A stretch of 64,000 bases of DNA from positions 1,440,001 to 1,504,000 of the forward strand of contig NZ_JAQNDL010000001.1 of the NCBI RefSeq assembly GCF_028368995.1. Direction: 5' to 3'. Of the stretch, positions 18,670 through 28,154 are shown piece after piece. The notes under the pieces are model-generated. The model had not been told where the DNA came from and searched no databases. It saw nothing but the letters and a program-made list of their open reading frames with translations. The position numbers and the translations under genes are program-made. Each line of letters starts with the position of its first letter. Position 1 is the first letter of the stretch. Origin of the DNA: Nannocystis bainbridge. GTDB taxonomy: Bacteria > Myxococcota_A > Polyangia > Nannocystales > Nannocystaceae.

Positions 18670-20019
18670 ATGCAGCAGCCCGACGCATCTCCGCCCCGCC
18701 AGTTCGGCCTGCCGCTCGTCGGCAACACCCTCGGGATCATGCGCGACCCGATCGCCTTCCAGCGCCGCGGCCATCGCCGTCACGGCCCCGTCTTCTCCGC
18801 GCGGATCTTCGGCACCACCCTCACCTTCGTCGACCCTGTCGGCGCCCCCGAGCTGTTCGAGCAGGTCATCCGCACCCCCACCGATCAGCTCAGCCTCGTC
18901 GCCGCCTACAAGCACCTGGTCGGCCGGATCCTCGGCCCCGAGCTGTTCACCGAGATCGACAAGCCGATGCGCGAGGGCCTGTCGGTCAAGTACATCGGCA
19001 AGCACGTCGGCCCCACCGTCGCCTTCGCCCCGCAGGTGCTCGCGCGGCGGATCCCCGGCACCCACGGCACCATCGACGGCCTGCGCATGGCCAACGACGT
19101 CGTCCTCCACGTCGTCGCCCACTACGTGCTCGGCCACGCCGGCGCCGAGCGGCACGCCGACGAGCTCGCCGAGGCCATGCACGTGCTCGAGAGCGACTTT
19201 AGCATCCTCGGCATGATGCTCCCGATCGAGACCGCCTCGGCCCGTCGCCGCCGCGCCGCCTTCGATCGCATGATGAGCCTCATCGAGGACGAGGTCCGCG
19301 CGCGCATGGCCGACCGCGGCGAGCACGACGATTTCTTGCAGTTCGCCATCGACCACATGGCCGCCGGCGGGACCGAGAAAAACAGCGTCCGCTGGCTCGC
19401 CCTGCGCGTGCTCGGCACCATCTTCGGCGCCCACACCAACACCGCCATGTCGGTCGCCTCGACCCTCAGCGACCTCGTCGAGCACCCCGACGCGCTCGCC
19501 CGGGTGCGCGCCGAGATCGCCGCCCTCCCCGCCGACGCGCCGATGGACCTCGCCGCCATGCGCTCGCTCGTCCACCTGCACCGCGCGATCAACGAGAGCA
19601 TGCGCCTGCGCAGCAACGGCGGCCTGTGGCGCATGGCCATGCACGACATCGACCTCGGCGGCTTCAAGCTGGCCAAGGGCACCGTCGTCGGCGCCAGCAT
19701 GGGCCTCGTCAACCTCGACCCCGCCCGCTACGCCGGAACGCACGAGTATCGGCCCGAGCGCTTCGAGGCGATGACCACCGACAATTATCAGAGCCCGCCG
19801 GTCGGCTCGACCCCGCTGCAATTCGGCGCCTTCGGCACCGGCCGCAACCTGTGCTCGGGCCGCCCGCTCGCCTACGCGATGCTGGCCGCGATCCTCGTGC
19901 CCCTCCTGCGCGACTACCAGTGGCAGATCGTCGACCGCCCGCGCCGGTGGTTCACCCTGCTCACCGGCGGCCTGTCACGCCCGATCGGCGGCCTCACCCT
20001 CCGCTACCGCCGGCGCTGA
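18670..20019 (+). CDS. Cytochrome P450
   Basis: LPLVGN, ESMR (ExxR), YRPERF, heme motif FGTGRNLCSG; atypical I-helix FGAHTNT. Confidence 0.93.
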   Translation: MQQPDASPPRQFGLPLVGNTLGIMRDPIAFQRRGHRRHGPVFSARIFGTTLTFVDPVGAPELFEQVIRTPTDQLSLVAAYKHLVGRILGPELFTEIDKPMREGLSVKYIGKHVGPTVAFAPQVLARRIPGTHGTIDGLRMANDVVLHVVAHYVLGHAGAERHADELAEAMHVLESDFSILGMMLPIETASARRRRAAFDRMMSLIEDEVRARMADRGEHDDFLQFAIDHMAAGGTEKNSVRWLALRVLGTIFGAHTNTAMSVASTLSDLVEHPDALARVRAEIAALPADAPMDLAAMRSLVHLHRAINESMRLRSNGGLWRMAMHDIDLGGFKLAKGTVVGASMGLVNLDPARYAGTHEYRPERFEAMTTDNYQSPPVGSTPLQFGAFGTGRNLCSGRPLAYAMLAAILVPLLRDYQWQIVDRPRRWFTLLTGGLSRPIGGLTLRYRRR

Positions 20020-20026
20020 GCGCAGA

Positions 20027-20902
20027 TCACAGCGGCGTGCCGAAGCGCTCCAGCGGCCAGAACACCGCCTGCGCCTTGCCGCGGATCATCGCTACGGGCA
20101 CCGGCCCGAAATGCGCGCTGTCGTGCGACAGGCCGCGGTGATCGCCGCGCACATACACATGGTCGGCCGGCACGACCGTGGCAGCCCGCGCGGCGACCGG
20201 CGCCGTGACGTGGATCGCGTACTCGCGGCCGTCCGGCGTCGTCTCGAACCAGCACGTCGGCGTCTCGCCCTCGCACGGGCGCCGCGACCACCGCGTGCCG
20301 TTGACGATCAGCGCCCCGTCCTCGGCCTCGGCGACGCTGTCGCCCGGCAGCCCGACCACGCGCTTCACGAAGGTCTGCGACGGATCGTCGGGGTAGAGGA
20401 ACGCGATCACGTCGCCGCGCGCCGGCACACGCGCGCGCTCGTGGAGCTTGGTGACGACGAAGTGGTCGCCCTCGCGCAGGCCCGGCTGCATCGTCCCGCT
20501 CGGCGTGCTGTACGTCTCGAGCGCGTACTCGGCCCGCAGCGCGTTGGCCACCCCGCCGAGCACCATCGAAGCCGCGATGAAGCCGAGGTACGCCCCGGCC
20601 CGGTTGTACGTGCGCAGCGGATAGGCGTCCCCGTGCCGCCGGGCCCGCCGCGCCGCGTCGAACGCCAGCGCGAACTTGAAGCCGAGCGCCATGCACAGCG
20701 CCAGCCCGGTGCCCCACAGCGTCGGCACGCCCAGCGCCACCGGCACCACCAGCAGCAGCTGCACGACCACGCTCAGCGTCAACAGCATCGCCAGCGCCAG
20801 CCGCGGGCTGCCGACGTAGAGGTGACCGAGCCCCGGCACCAGCACCGTGGCGACAAAGGCGAACAGCGGCGAGCGCGATGCGGTCAACCCGGTCTCGGAC
20901 AT
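20027..20902 (-). CDS. Signal peptidase I (S26) homologue with three N-terminal TM segments
   Basis: PGLGHLYVG, TPSGTMQPGLREGD, RGDVIAF, FVKRVVGLPGD, RGDHRGLSHDSAHFGPVP. Confidence 0.88.
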   Translation of the reverse strand: MSETGLTASRSPLFAFVATVLVPGLGHLYVGSPRLALAMLLTLSVVVQLLLVVPVALGVPTLWGTGLALCMALGFKFALAFDAARRARRHGDAYPLRTYNRAGAYLGFIAASMVLGGVANALRAEYALETYSTPSGTMQPGLREGDHFVVTKLHERARVPARGDVIAFLYPDDPSQTFVKRVVGLPGDSVAEAEDGALIVNGTRWSRRPCEGETPTCWFETTPDGREYAIHVTAPVAARAATVVPADHVYVRGDHRGLSHDSAHFGPVPVAMIRGKAQAVFWPLERFGTPL

Positions 20903-21070
20903 GCGGCCCAGGATGGCACGAAAGCCCCGCCGATACGAGCCGATCCCGCATCGCCGGAGCATCCCCGGCACCTGCGAACCCGCGTTTCTCCGAAACGACG
21001 CCCGGACCGGCGCGATCCCCGAGCCTGCGGGGCACGCCGGCCCGCTGCCGACCCCGCCATCCCGAGCACA

Positions 21071-21154
21071 GGGTCGCGTGGACATGCTCCATGGGGCATG
21101 CCCTGTATGACATGTCCATGAGAGCATGTCCCATCGCACACGTCCGAACAGACA
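21071..21154. repeat. Array of six phased 14-bp TGTCC-N4-GGACA-like units
   Basis: gggtcgcgtggaca|tgctccatggggca|tgccctgtatgaca|tgtccatgagagca|tgtcccatcgcaca|cgtccgaacagaca. Confidence 0.8.
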
Positions 21155-21163
21155 GCCACAGGC

Positions 21164-23842
21164 TCAGCGCTCGGGCAGCCCGACCTCGTACACACCCCAG
21201 CCGCCGGCGCCCAGGTACATCACCACCAGCGCCCGCTCGTCCGCCAGGACCAGCACGTCACCGAGGGCCGCGGCTGGCCACGCGGTCGTCCCGGTGTCAC
21301 TCGCGAGGCCGAGCCGCCCGTCGATGCGGATCGGCTGCTTGCCCGTGAACACCCCCCACCCGCCGATCCACGCCAGATCGCGGGCATTGTCCGGAAGCGG
21401 CTTGCCGGCGGGATCCAGCCCCGCCTTGCGCATCTTCGGCAACGCCTGACCGGCCCCGAACTCCGTCTTGCCGCCCGCGCCCCACAGCACCGCCAGCCCT
21501 CGCCGCACCCGCTTACCGGTGCCGCGGCGGATCGTCACCACCACGTCCATCTCGCCGTCGCCGTCGAGATCGCCGCGCGCGCCGCAGCGGCCGCGGTACC
21601 ACTCGAGCGTGAAGCAGTCGCGGCTCACCGCCGGCCCCAACTCCTGCCGCAGTCGGGCGTCGATCGTGCGCTCCAGCCCGTCGTCGGGCCCCAGCGGCGG
21701 CCACGTGAACGGCTCCACCGCGCCCGTCGGCATGGGCCCGCCGCGCCGCGCCGGGCTGGCGACCAGACGCGGCGCATCGACGGCCGTCCCGCCGTCACGC
21801 TCGTCGCCCCAGCACCACAACGAGCCGTCCACCAGGCTCGCGCACGAGTGGCGCGTGCCCGCGGCGATCGTCCGCGCCGGCCCCGGCAACGCCACCCGCA
21901 CCGGCGCGTCGCGGTCCATGCATTCGCCGTCGCCGAGCTGACCGAACGCATTGCGGCCCCAGCACAGCACCTCGCCCGCCTCACCGCGCGCGCAGAGGTG
22001 GGTCTCGCCCGCCGACAGCTGGACGATCTTCGGCAGCTTCGCCGGCACCGAGAAGTTCTCGCACACCACCTCGCCCCCATCGTCGAGCGCACACACCCCG
22101 AGGTGCGGCGCCGCGATCGCCCGCACCTTGCGCCCCGCCAACGCATCCGCCAGAGCCCGCCGCGGCGCGTCGCCGAAATCACCGCCCCAGCAGGTCACCA
22201 CCCCGTGCTCGCGCAGCACGCACGCGTGCTCGCGCCCCAGCGCCACCGCCGTCGCGTCGGCGATCCCCGGCATCACCAGCCCGGCCCCGTCGCTGTGCGG
22301 CGCCGGCAACATGGCCCGCGCCCACGGCCGCAGCGGCGCGTAGATGCACTCCCACGCGCTCGGATCGTCCTCGTGGCAATGCACCGCGTCGCGATAAAAA
22401 TCATCGTGCCCGTGCGCGTGACCGTGGATGTCGCCGCCCAGCCAGCGGAACACGTCGCGCCCCCAACAGCGCACGCGCCGGTCGGCCCCGACCGCGCAGC
22501 CGCCCCGACTGTTGACCGCGAGGTCGACCGCATCGCTCACGTTCGGCACCACGAACGGCGCTGCCGGCTCGCTCCCCCGCGCCTGCCAGCAGGCCACGCG
22601 CCCGCCGACCAGCGCCGCACACAGGTTGCCGCGCGCCGCCGCGGCGTTCGTCACCCGCTGGGTCCCGCTCAGCGCCTCGAACTGCAGCTGCGGCCGCTCG
22701 CGCAACGACCCGGCGCAGCGCAGCACCCCGTCGTCGAGCAGGCAGGTCGAGAGCCCGGCGACGATCCTCCCGCCGGCCTGGATCCCCTCGCGCCACCGCC
22801 GGGGCCCGCGATCATACTCGCCGAGGCCGAGCTGCCCCCAACGATTGTCACCCCAGCAATGCAGCGAACCATCGCCCGTGAGCGCGCAGGTGTGCGCCGC
22901 ACCGGCGCTGACCTTGCGGACATCCGTGAGGGGCACCGCGAGCGGCTGGTTGTCTCGCGCCGACATCCCCTCGATCCCGCGCCCGAGCTGCCCGTCCTCG
23001 CCGCGCCCCCAGCACCACAATCGATCGTCGCGGGTACGGCCGCAGAAATGAAAGTCTCCCGCCACCACATCGACCAGCGGTGGCAGGTTCAAGAGCTGCG
23101 ATCGCCGCACCCGCGTGGGCTCGAACTGCCAACAATGCACCGCGCCCTCGACATCGACCGCGCACCCTTCCCAATCGGCGTAGGCCACGTCGACCATCGC
23201 CGGCAGCTCCGACGGAGTGACGCGGTGGCCGCCGGCGAAGCGCACCTCGTCGTCCGCCACCAGCATCCACGCGTCGAGGTGCGGATGCACCGCGAGCGCC
23301 GAGACCCGCGTCCCCGCCTCGGCGAGACGCAGCCGCGATTTGGGCCGCGGCGCCCCGTTCCAGTCCCAGCAGCCCACGCCGCCGCCGCTGTCGCGCGCGC
23401 AGCCGATCTCGGCCCCGGCCGCGACCTCGACGACCTTCGCCAGGTCCAGCCCGCCCGACGCGCTGGCGATCGCCTCGGGGCGCCAGTCAGCGCCCCAGCA
23501 CCACAGCCCGCCGCCCTCGACGGTCGCGCACGTGCGATCGACCCCGGCGAAGATCGCCCGCGCCGGCGGCAACCCCACGATCGGCGCCTCCTCGCCGGTC
23601 TCGCCGCACCGCCCCGCGCGATACCCCCAGCACCGCACCTCGCCGCCCTGCAGCACGCACGTGTGCCGCTGCCCCGCCGCGATGTCCGTGATCGCGGCAG
23701 CCTGCCGATCCACCGGCGCAGCGGGAGCAGGCGCCGCCACCTCGGGCGCCCGTGGGGCCGGCAGCTCGCGGCAACCGGCGCTCCCCAGCAGCCCGGCCGC
23801 CAGCCAAGCCCTCGACCAGACCCGCGCTGCTCGTCCAGACAT
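21164..23842 (-). CDS. RCC1/BLIP-II repeat lipoprotein
   Basis: Lipobox SAGC; many AGxxHTC...CWGxNxxGQLG repeats; C-terminal GDLDGDGEMD motif. Confidence 0.88.
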   Translation of the reverse strand: MSGRAARVWSRAWLAAGLLGSAGCRELPAPRAPEVAAPAPAAPVDRQAAAITDIAAGQRHTCVLQGGEVRCWGYRAGRCGETGEEAPIVGLPPARAIFAGVDRTCATVEGGGLWCWGADWRPEAIASASGGLDLAKVVEVAAGAEIGCARDSGGGVGCWDWNGAPRPKSRLRLAEAGTRVSALAVHPHLDAWMLVADDEVRFAGGHRVTPSELPAMVDVAYADWEGCAVDVEGAVHCWQFEPTRVRRSQLLNLPPLVDVVAGDFHFCGRTRDDRLWCWGRGEDGQLGRGIEGMSARDNQPLAVPLTDVRKVSAGAAHTCALTGDGSLHCWGDNRWGQLGLGEYDRGPRRWREGIQAGGRIVAGLSTCLLDDGVLRCAGSLRERPQLQFEALSGTQRVTNAAAARGNLCAALVGGRVACWQARGSEPAAPFVVPNVSDAVDLAVNSRGGCAVGADRRVRCWGRDVFRWLGGDIHGHAHGHDDFYRDAVHCHEDDPSAWECIYAPLRPWARAMLPAPHSDGAGLVMPGIADATAVALGREHACVLREHGVVTCWGGDFGDAPRRALADALAGRKVRAIAAPHLGVCALDDGGEVVCENFSVPAKLPKIVQLSAGETHLCARGEAGEVLCWGRNAFGQLGDGECMDRDAPVRVALPGPARTIAAGTRHSCASLVDGSLWCWGDERDGGTAVDAPRLVASPARRGGPMPTGAVEPFTWPPLGPDDGLERTIDARLRQELGPAVSRDCFTLEWYRGRCGARGDLDGDGEMDVVVTIRRGTGKRVRRGLAVLWGAGGKTEFGAGQALPKMRKAGLDPAGKPLPDNARDLAWIGGWGVFTGKQPIRIDGRLGLASDTGTTAWPAAALGDVLVLADERALVVMYLGAGGWGVYEVGLPER

Positions 23843-23957
23843 CGAAGCCCGGATCTTAGCCGAATCCAGGCCCGAATTGGACACATCTCGGGCCGCACGC
23901 AGCGCTGCTGGAGCACCACGCGCGTCTCTCCCCATCGCCGATCTGCGCGGCCGCTCC

Positions 23958-23999
23958 AGGCTCTTCGGACATGCCCTGACGGACATGTCCTAAAAGACG
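23958..23999. repeat. Three phased 14-bp palindrome-like units
   Basis: aggctcttcggaca|tgccctgacggaca|tgtcctaaaagacg. Confidence 0.7.
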
Positions 24000-24022
24000 T
24001 TACCGTATTATTTCCCCGCCCG

Positions 24023-25771
24023 TCACTGCGGCCAGTCGCGCCCGGTCGGGATCGTGAACTCGATCCCCCCCGACACCCCGCCGACGAAGAACGGCCGGGC
24101 CGTCATCGCCCCCGCGAAGCCCTGGACCACCAGCGACAGCCACGGCGTCAGCGACACCCGCGCCCCGCCGTTCAACGTCATCACCCCCGCCGGCGACGCG
24201 CACGGGTGCGGCGCCTGGGCGCATCTCGAGATCGGGATCAGCGCCCCGAACGACGCCCCGATGTGCGGGCGGAACACCTTGTGCGGGCGGTACACCCGCT
24301 CGTAGCGGGCCATCGCCAGGATGTAGCGCCAGCGCGGCCCGTAGCCGGCGTATTGTGCATAGGCCACCTCGAAGCCGACCTCGTGCACATAGTTGACGCG
24401 CCCGAGCACCGTCCCGCCGAGCCCGTAGCCTTGCGGGAACCACCGCGGCGCGAACCCGACGCTGATCGCCTTGCGATACGAGCGGCGGTCGATCATGGTC
24501 CTGCCGATCTGGCTGTCGACCGGCGGCGGCGCGTCGGCGGCCGCCGCCGAGAACGACGGCAAGCTCGAGCGGTCGCCGCGACTGAGCCGCCGCTTCGCCC
24601 GCTCGACCGCGCGGATCCGCGGATACGCCTCCGCCGACAGCCCCGAGTGCGTCACCAAGAAGCTCGCCGCCGCCCGCTCCTGGACCTCGACCGGCACCCC
24701 GCGCAGCTCGAGCAGCACCCGCAGCTCGTCGTAATCGCGGATCATCCGCGCCTCGCTCTGGCGCAGCACCGCCCCGTGATCGCGCCAGCGATCGCAGAGC
24801 TCGCGCGCCTGCGTCAGGTACGGGTTGTCCTGCTCGATCGCCGCCAATCCGCACCACGCCTCCGCGTGGCGCTCCGGCGTCGCCCGCCGGTCCGCCTGCA
24901 CCTTGACCGCCACGTCGTAGGCCTGATGCGCCGCCAGGCTGCCGTCCAGGTCCATCGATTGCACCTCGCGGCGGTCGAGGTCGGGCGGTCGCAGGAATTG
25001 TTGCGACCCGGCCAGCGCCTCCGCGTGGGCCGAGATCGGCGCCACCTCGAGGCGAATCGGCGCAGTACACACGTGCCGCCGCGGGTCGTCGGTCGCCGCC
25101 ACCTGGGCGCACGCCTCGAGCATGTTCGGCGGCGACTCCTTGAGCACCTCGACCGTGTCCTCCGACGCCCCGGAGAGCACCGCCCCGGCCCCGCCGCGCG
25201 CGCTGTCCGCGACCGACGACAGGCGAAACGCCCCCAGGCTCACGCCCGTGACCACGTGGGTCGCGCGCGCGCACTCGGGCCCGCCCCGCAGCTCCTTCGC
25301 CGTGTAGCCCGGCTGCGGCGCCTCGTAGCGGCCGACCACCACCATGTCGAGCTCGAGCGCCTCGCCCCGCTCGACCCGCCCGCCGAGCTGCGCCAGCCCG
25401 AGCGGGATGTTGATCAGCAGCTCGTCGAGCGAGCCGATATGAATGCTCTGCGACCCGGTCGTGGTCTGCGCATACGCATAGTTGCCGGGCGCCGTACACC
25501 CGCGCAACACCTCCATCTCGCAATCCTCGTAGCGCACCGCGACCACCCCACGGAGCAGCCGCGACTCGAGCTCGGCCGCGTCCATCCCCGACCACTCGAC
25601 GATCAGCGGCTTGTCCGGATCCTTGACCACGCTGCAGCGCGACTGCCCCGCGGCCGCGAGCTGCTCCCCGGTCAGATCGCTGGCGTCACGCAGGCCGCTG
25701 CGCGAACAGCCGCTCGCGAGCAGGACGAGGTCGGCGAACAGGACAGCGAAAAGACAGCCGAGGCGTCTCAT
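24023..25771 (-). CDS. Hypothetical lipoprotein with possible C-terminal beta-barrel
   Basis: Lipobox LASGC; PLIVEW...GVVAVRYEDCEMEVLRGC domain; amphipathic beta strands ending GGIEF. Confidence 0.72.
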   Translation of the reverse strand: MRRLGCLFAVLFADLVLLASGCSRSGLRDASDLTGEQLAAAGQSRCSVVKDPDKPLIVEWSGMDAAELESRLLRGVVAVRYEDCEMEVLRGCTAPGNYAYAQTTTGSQSIHIGSLDELLINIPLGLAQLGGRVERGEALELDMVVVGRYEAPQPGYTAKELRGGPECARATHVVTGVSLGAFRLSSVADSARGGAGAVLSGASEDTVEVLKESPPNMLEACAQVAATDDPRRHVCTAPIRLEVAPISAHAEALAGSQQFLRPPDLDRREVQSMDLDGSLAAHQAYDVAVKVQADRRATPERHAEAWCGLAAIEQDNPYLTQARELCDRWRDHGAVLRQSEARMIRDYDELRVLLELRGVPVEVQERAAASFLVTHSGLSAEAYPRIRAVERAKRRLSRGDRSSLPSFSAAAADAPPPVDSQIGRTMIDRRSYRKAISVGFAPRWFPQGYGLGGTVLGRVNYVHEVGFEVAYAQYAGYGPRWRYILAMARYERVYRPHKVFRPHIGASFGALIPISRCAQAPHPCASPAGVMTLNGGARVSLTPWLSLVVQGFAGAMTARPFFVGGVSGGIEFTIPTGRDWPQ

Positions 25772-26179
25772 GGCGCGGTCCGTCAGTATTCACGACGCCC
25801 GCCGCCGACGCACCCGGAATCCTCGCGCCCGCCCGGGCGAGCGCCGCCCGGCGCGGCCAGGAGTGAAACCGCGCATCGCCCCGGATCGCCACGCTCCTGG
25901 TCTCCGGCGGCCCTTCCCGGTCGCGACGACCTCGCCGGGCGACGACGTGACCGATCCGACACGCCTCGCGCGGACCCCCGCGGCCCGGGCAAGACCCGCG
26001 TCACGCGCAGCACCGCGACCTCGCCCGCCCGAACACCGCGACTGACAGTCCGGGCCAACCCGGAGGATTCGACTCTCGTGGGACGACACTCATGTCCAAA
26101 GATAAAACCGGCACCGATCCTTCAGACACGGATCGTGGCACGCGACGGGCGGGTGCTCTCTGCTATCGTCGCGGCGCCC

Positions 26180-26566
26180 ATGGAGATCCGCTACATCACG
26201 GCCCACCTTGAATTCGAAGCGCCCACGAGCCTCGATCGCGTCGTCGCCGAGCTCGAGCCCGAGGTCGTGATCCACCTCCACGATCGCGCGGGCGAGCTCC
26301 ACTCCGTCGCGCTCGGGATCGCGGTGGACGGCTCGCCGGAACAGTCCGTCGCACACCTCTGTGCCCTGCTCGAAGGCCTGTCCCCGCCCGCCCGCGACGC
26401 CTGGGACCAGTGCACCCGCCGCGTCGTCGACCTCGCGTTCGAGAGCGGCACCACGCCCAAGGACGTCACCTACGCCCTCTCCGTGGGGCTCGTACGCCGG
26501 CTGGGCGACCTGGGGCTTGCGATCGCGGTGACCGTGTATCGCGTAGGCTTTTACTCGGGCGAGTGA
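26180..26566 (+). CDS. Small hypothetical protein (possible immunity-type protein)
   Basis: Protein-like C-terminal part of a long spurious ORF: MEIRYITAHLEF...ARDAWDQCTRRVVDLAF...LAIAVTVY. Confidence 0.7.
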   Translation: MEIRYITAHLEFEAPTSLDRVVAELEPEVVIHLHDRAGELHSVALGIAVDGSPEQSVAHLCALLEGLSPPARDAWDQCTRRVVDLAFESGTTPKDVTYALSVGLVRRLGDLGLAIAVTVYRVGFYSGE

Positions 26567-26844
26567 GGCGACCGCCTTGAAGTCCCTCGGCGCGGCCACG
26601 AATCGCGCGACCGCGGCGGCTTGATCGCTTCCGGACACGAGCAGGGCGAGGTCGCGGATGCACGCATGCGTGGCCTCGGATCGTCGTGGTCCTCGCGGTG
26701 AGCGGCAAACGTCGATGTCGCTCGCGCACGCGTCCTCTGCCGCCGCGCGGCCGCAGCCTGCATCCACGGCACCTGCGGGGTCGGACCCGCGTGGCCCTTG
26801 CTCGCCGCCGTGACACCCGCCCGCCCGCGTGCGATCCTCCGGCC

Positions 26845-27399
26845 ATGGCGACCCGCAAGGCCACATCGAGATCCGCGACGAGCAAGGCCCCCGCACGCCG
26901 TTCCGCCCCCGAAAAGCCGGCCGCCCGCCCCTCGCCGACCGCGACGCACAAGCCCGCGCGCCGCCCCGCCGCTGCCAGACCGGCCCCGGCTCCGCCGACC
27001 CGCGACGAGCTGTTCGCCCGCGTCGAGCGGCGTGCGACCCAGCTCGGCGTCAAGCTGCGCAGGGGCGCCACGCCGCGGGAGATCGCCCAGACGGAGCAAG
27101 CCCTCGGCCTCACCCTGCCCGACGACGTGCGCGCCTGGTACCGCCGCCACGACGGCAGCGACGGCTCCTCCCCCTACCTGTGGCCCCTCGAGCTCGTGCG
27201 GGTCCACCGCGCATTGTTCAACAATTCCATCGGCCCCCACGCCGTCGTGTTCGCCGGCATCGACGACGAAGTCACCGGCATCGACCTGTCCGCCGGCGGC
27301 GCGGGCCACATGTTCGACTGGGTGCCCGAGGAAGGTCCCATGCCGTACAAGAACGGCTCGTTCCTCGCGTGGCTGCTCGCCTGCGAGTGGAAGTGGTGA
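26845..27399 (+). CDS. SMI1/KNR4 family protein with basic low-complexity N-terminus
   Basis: GATPREIAQTEQALGLTLPDDVRAWYRRHDG ... SFLAWL. Confidence 0.88.
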   Translation: MATRKATSRSATSKAPARRSAPEKPAARPSPTATHKPARRPAAARPAPAPPTRDELFARVERRATQLGVKLRRGATPREIAQTEQALGLTLPDDVRAWYRRHDGSDGSSPYLWPLELVRVHRALFNNSIGPHAVVFAGIDDEVTGIDLSAGGAGHMFDWVPEEGPMPYKNGSFLAWLLACEWKW

Positions 27400-27583
27400 G
27401 CCCCGCGCGGCCACTGAACAATGAACGGCTGAGGCTCCCGCAAACTGTCGAAGCAAGACGCAAGGATGCGGCGGGGCGGCCTCGGTGATGCGTCAGGGCG
27501 TGGGGGCGAATCCGACCAGCCGTGGTCCGGTGGGCGCAAAAATTCGCGGTCGAAGCACGTCAAGCTTGTGGGAAGATTGCGTC

Positions 27584-27832
27584 ATGGCTCAAGCATGTTT
27601 CAAGTGTGGCGGCTCCGGAAAACTTCATTGGAGCGCGATGCCTCATTCCCCGGGATGTATCTTCTGCACACCTTGCGATGGTTGCGGCAGCAGTGGCGCG
27701 ATCTCCGATGACGCCTCGAGGTGCCCGAAGTGCCAGGGCCAGGGCCGGATCCACGACAGCGCCTTGCCTCATGCCTCTGATTGTATCTTCTGCCAACTAT
27801 GCTCCACGTGTCACGGAAAGGGACACCTATAG
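27584..27832 (+). CDS. 82-aa two-repeat Cys/His zinc-finger-like protein (DnaJ-type CxxCxGxG)
   Basis: Two copies of CxxCxGxG-x2-H-x-S-A-x-P-H-x3-CIFC-x2-CxxC-x3-G; 12 Cys. Confidence 0.75.
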   Translation: MAQACFKCGGSGKLHWSAMPHSPGCIFCTPCDGCGSSGAISDDASRCPKCQGQGRIHDSALPHASDCIFCQLCSTCHGKGHL

Positions 27833-28154
27833 ACCGGACGCCGCGCCCGGTGAAGGGCAAGGGGTGTGACACTGGCTCGAGATAGACTTTGCATACCCCT
27901 CCGCCCCCCGCTTTCGCCTGCATGGGATCGGTAATGCCAGCCGGGACGGCGACGCACAGGAGGAGATTGAACCTCGCGGTGTTGCCGGGTTCGGCCGTAA
28001 CGCTCACCGCGAACAGGAGGATCGCGGCGGGAGGCCATCCCCCGAGCACGTCGAGCCACGGTCGTTCCAGGCCGCCGCTCTTTCGCGCGGCGCCCCGGCG
28101 AATTCGCCGGCCCAGCTTCGGCGTCCTCGTCGACGGCGCGCTCCGCTTCCTTCG

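Noticed and set aside
21848-26566. 1572-aa + strand ORF and other very long ORFs (42235-46077, 61106-63895, 35410-37938, 40922-44467)
   Set aside because: Antisense or off-frame shadows of real genes in high-GC DNA, with Arg/Pro/Ala-rich low-information translations; only short terminal parts are real in some cases.
27800-27815. CxxCH heme-binding motif (CSTCH) in the small Cys-rich protein
   Set aside because: No signal peptide, and the motif is part of a CxxCxGxG zinc-finger repeat.
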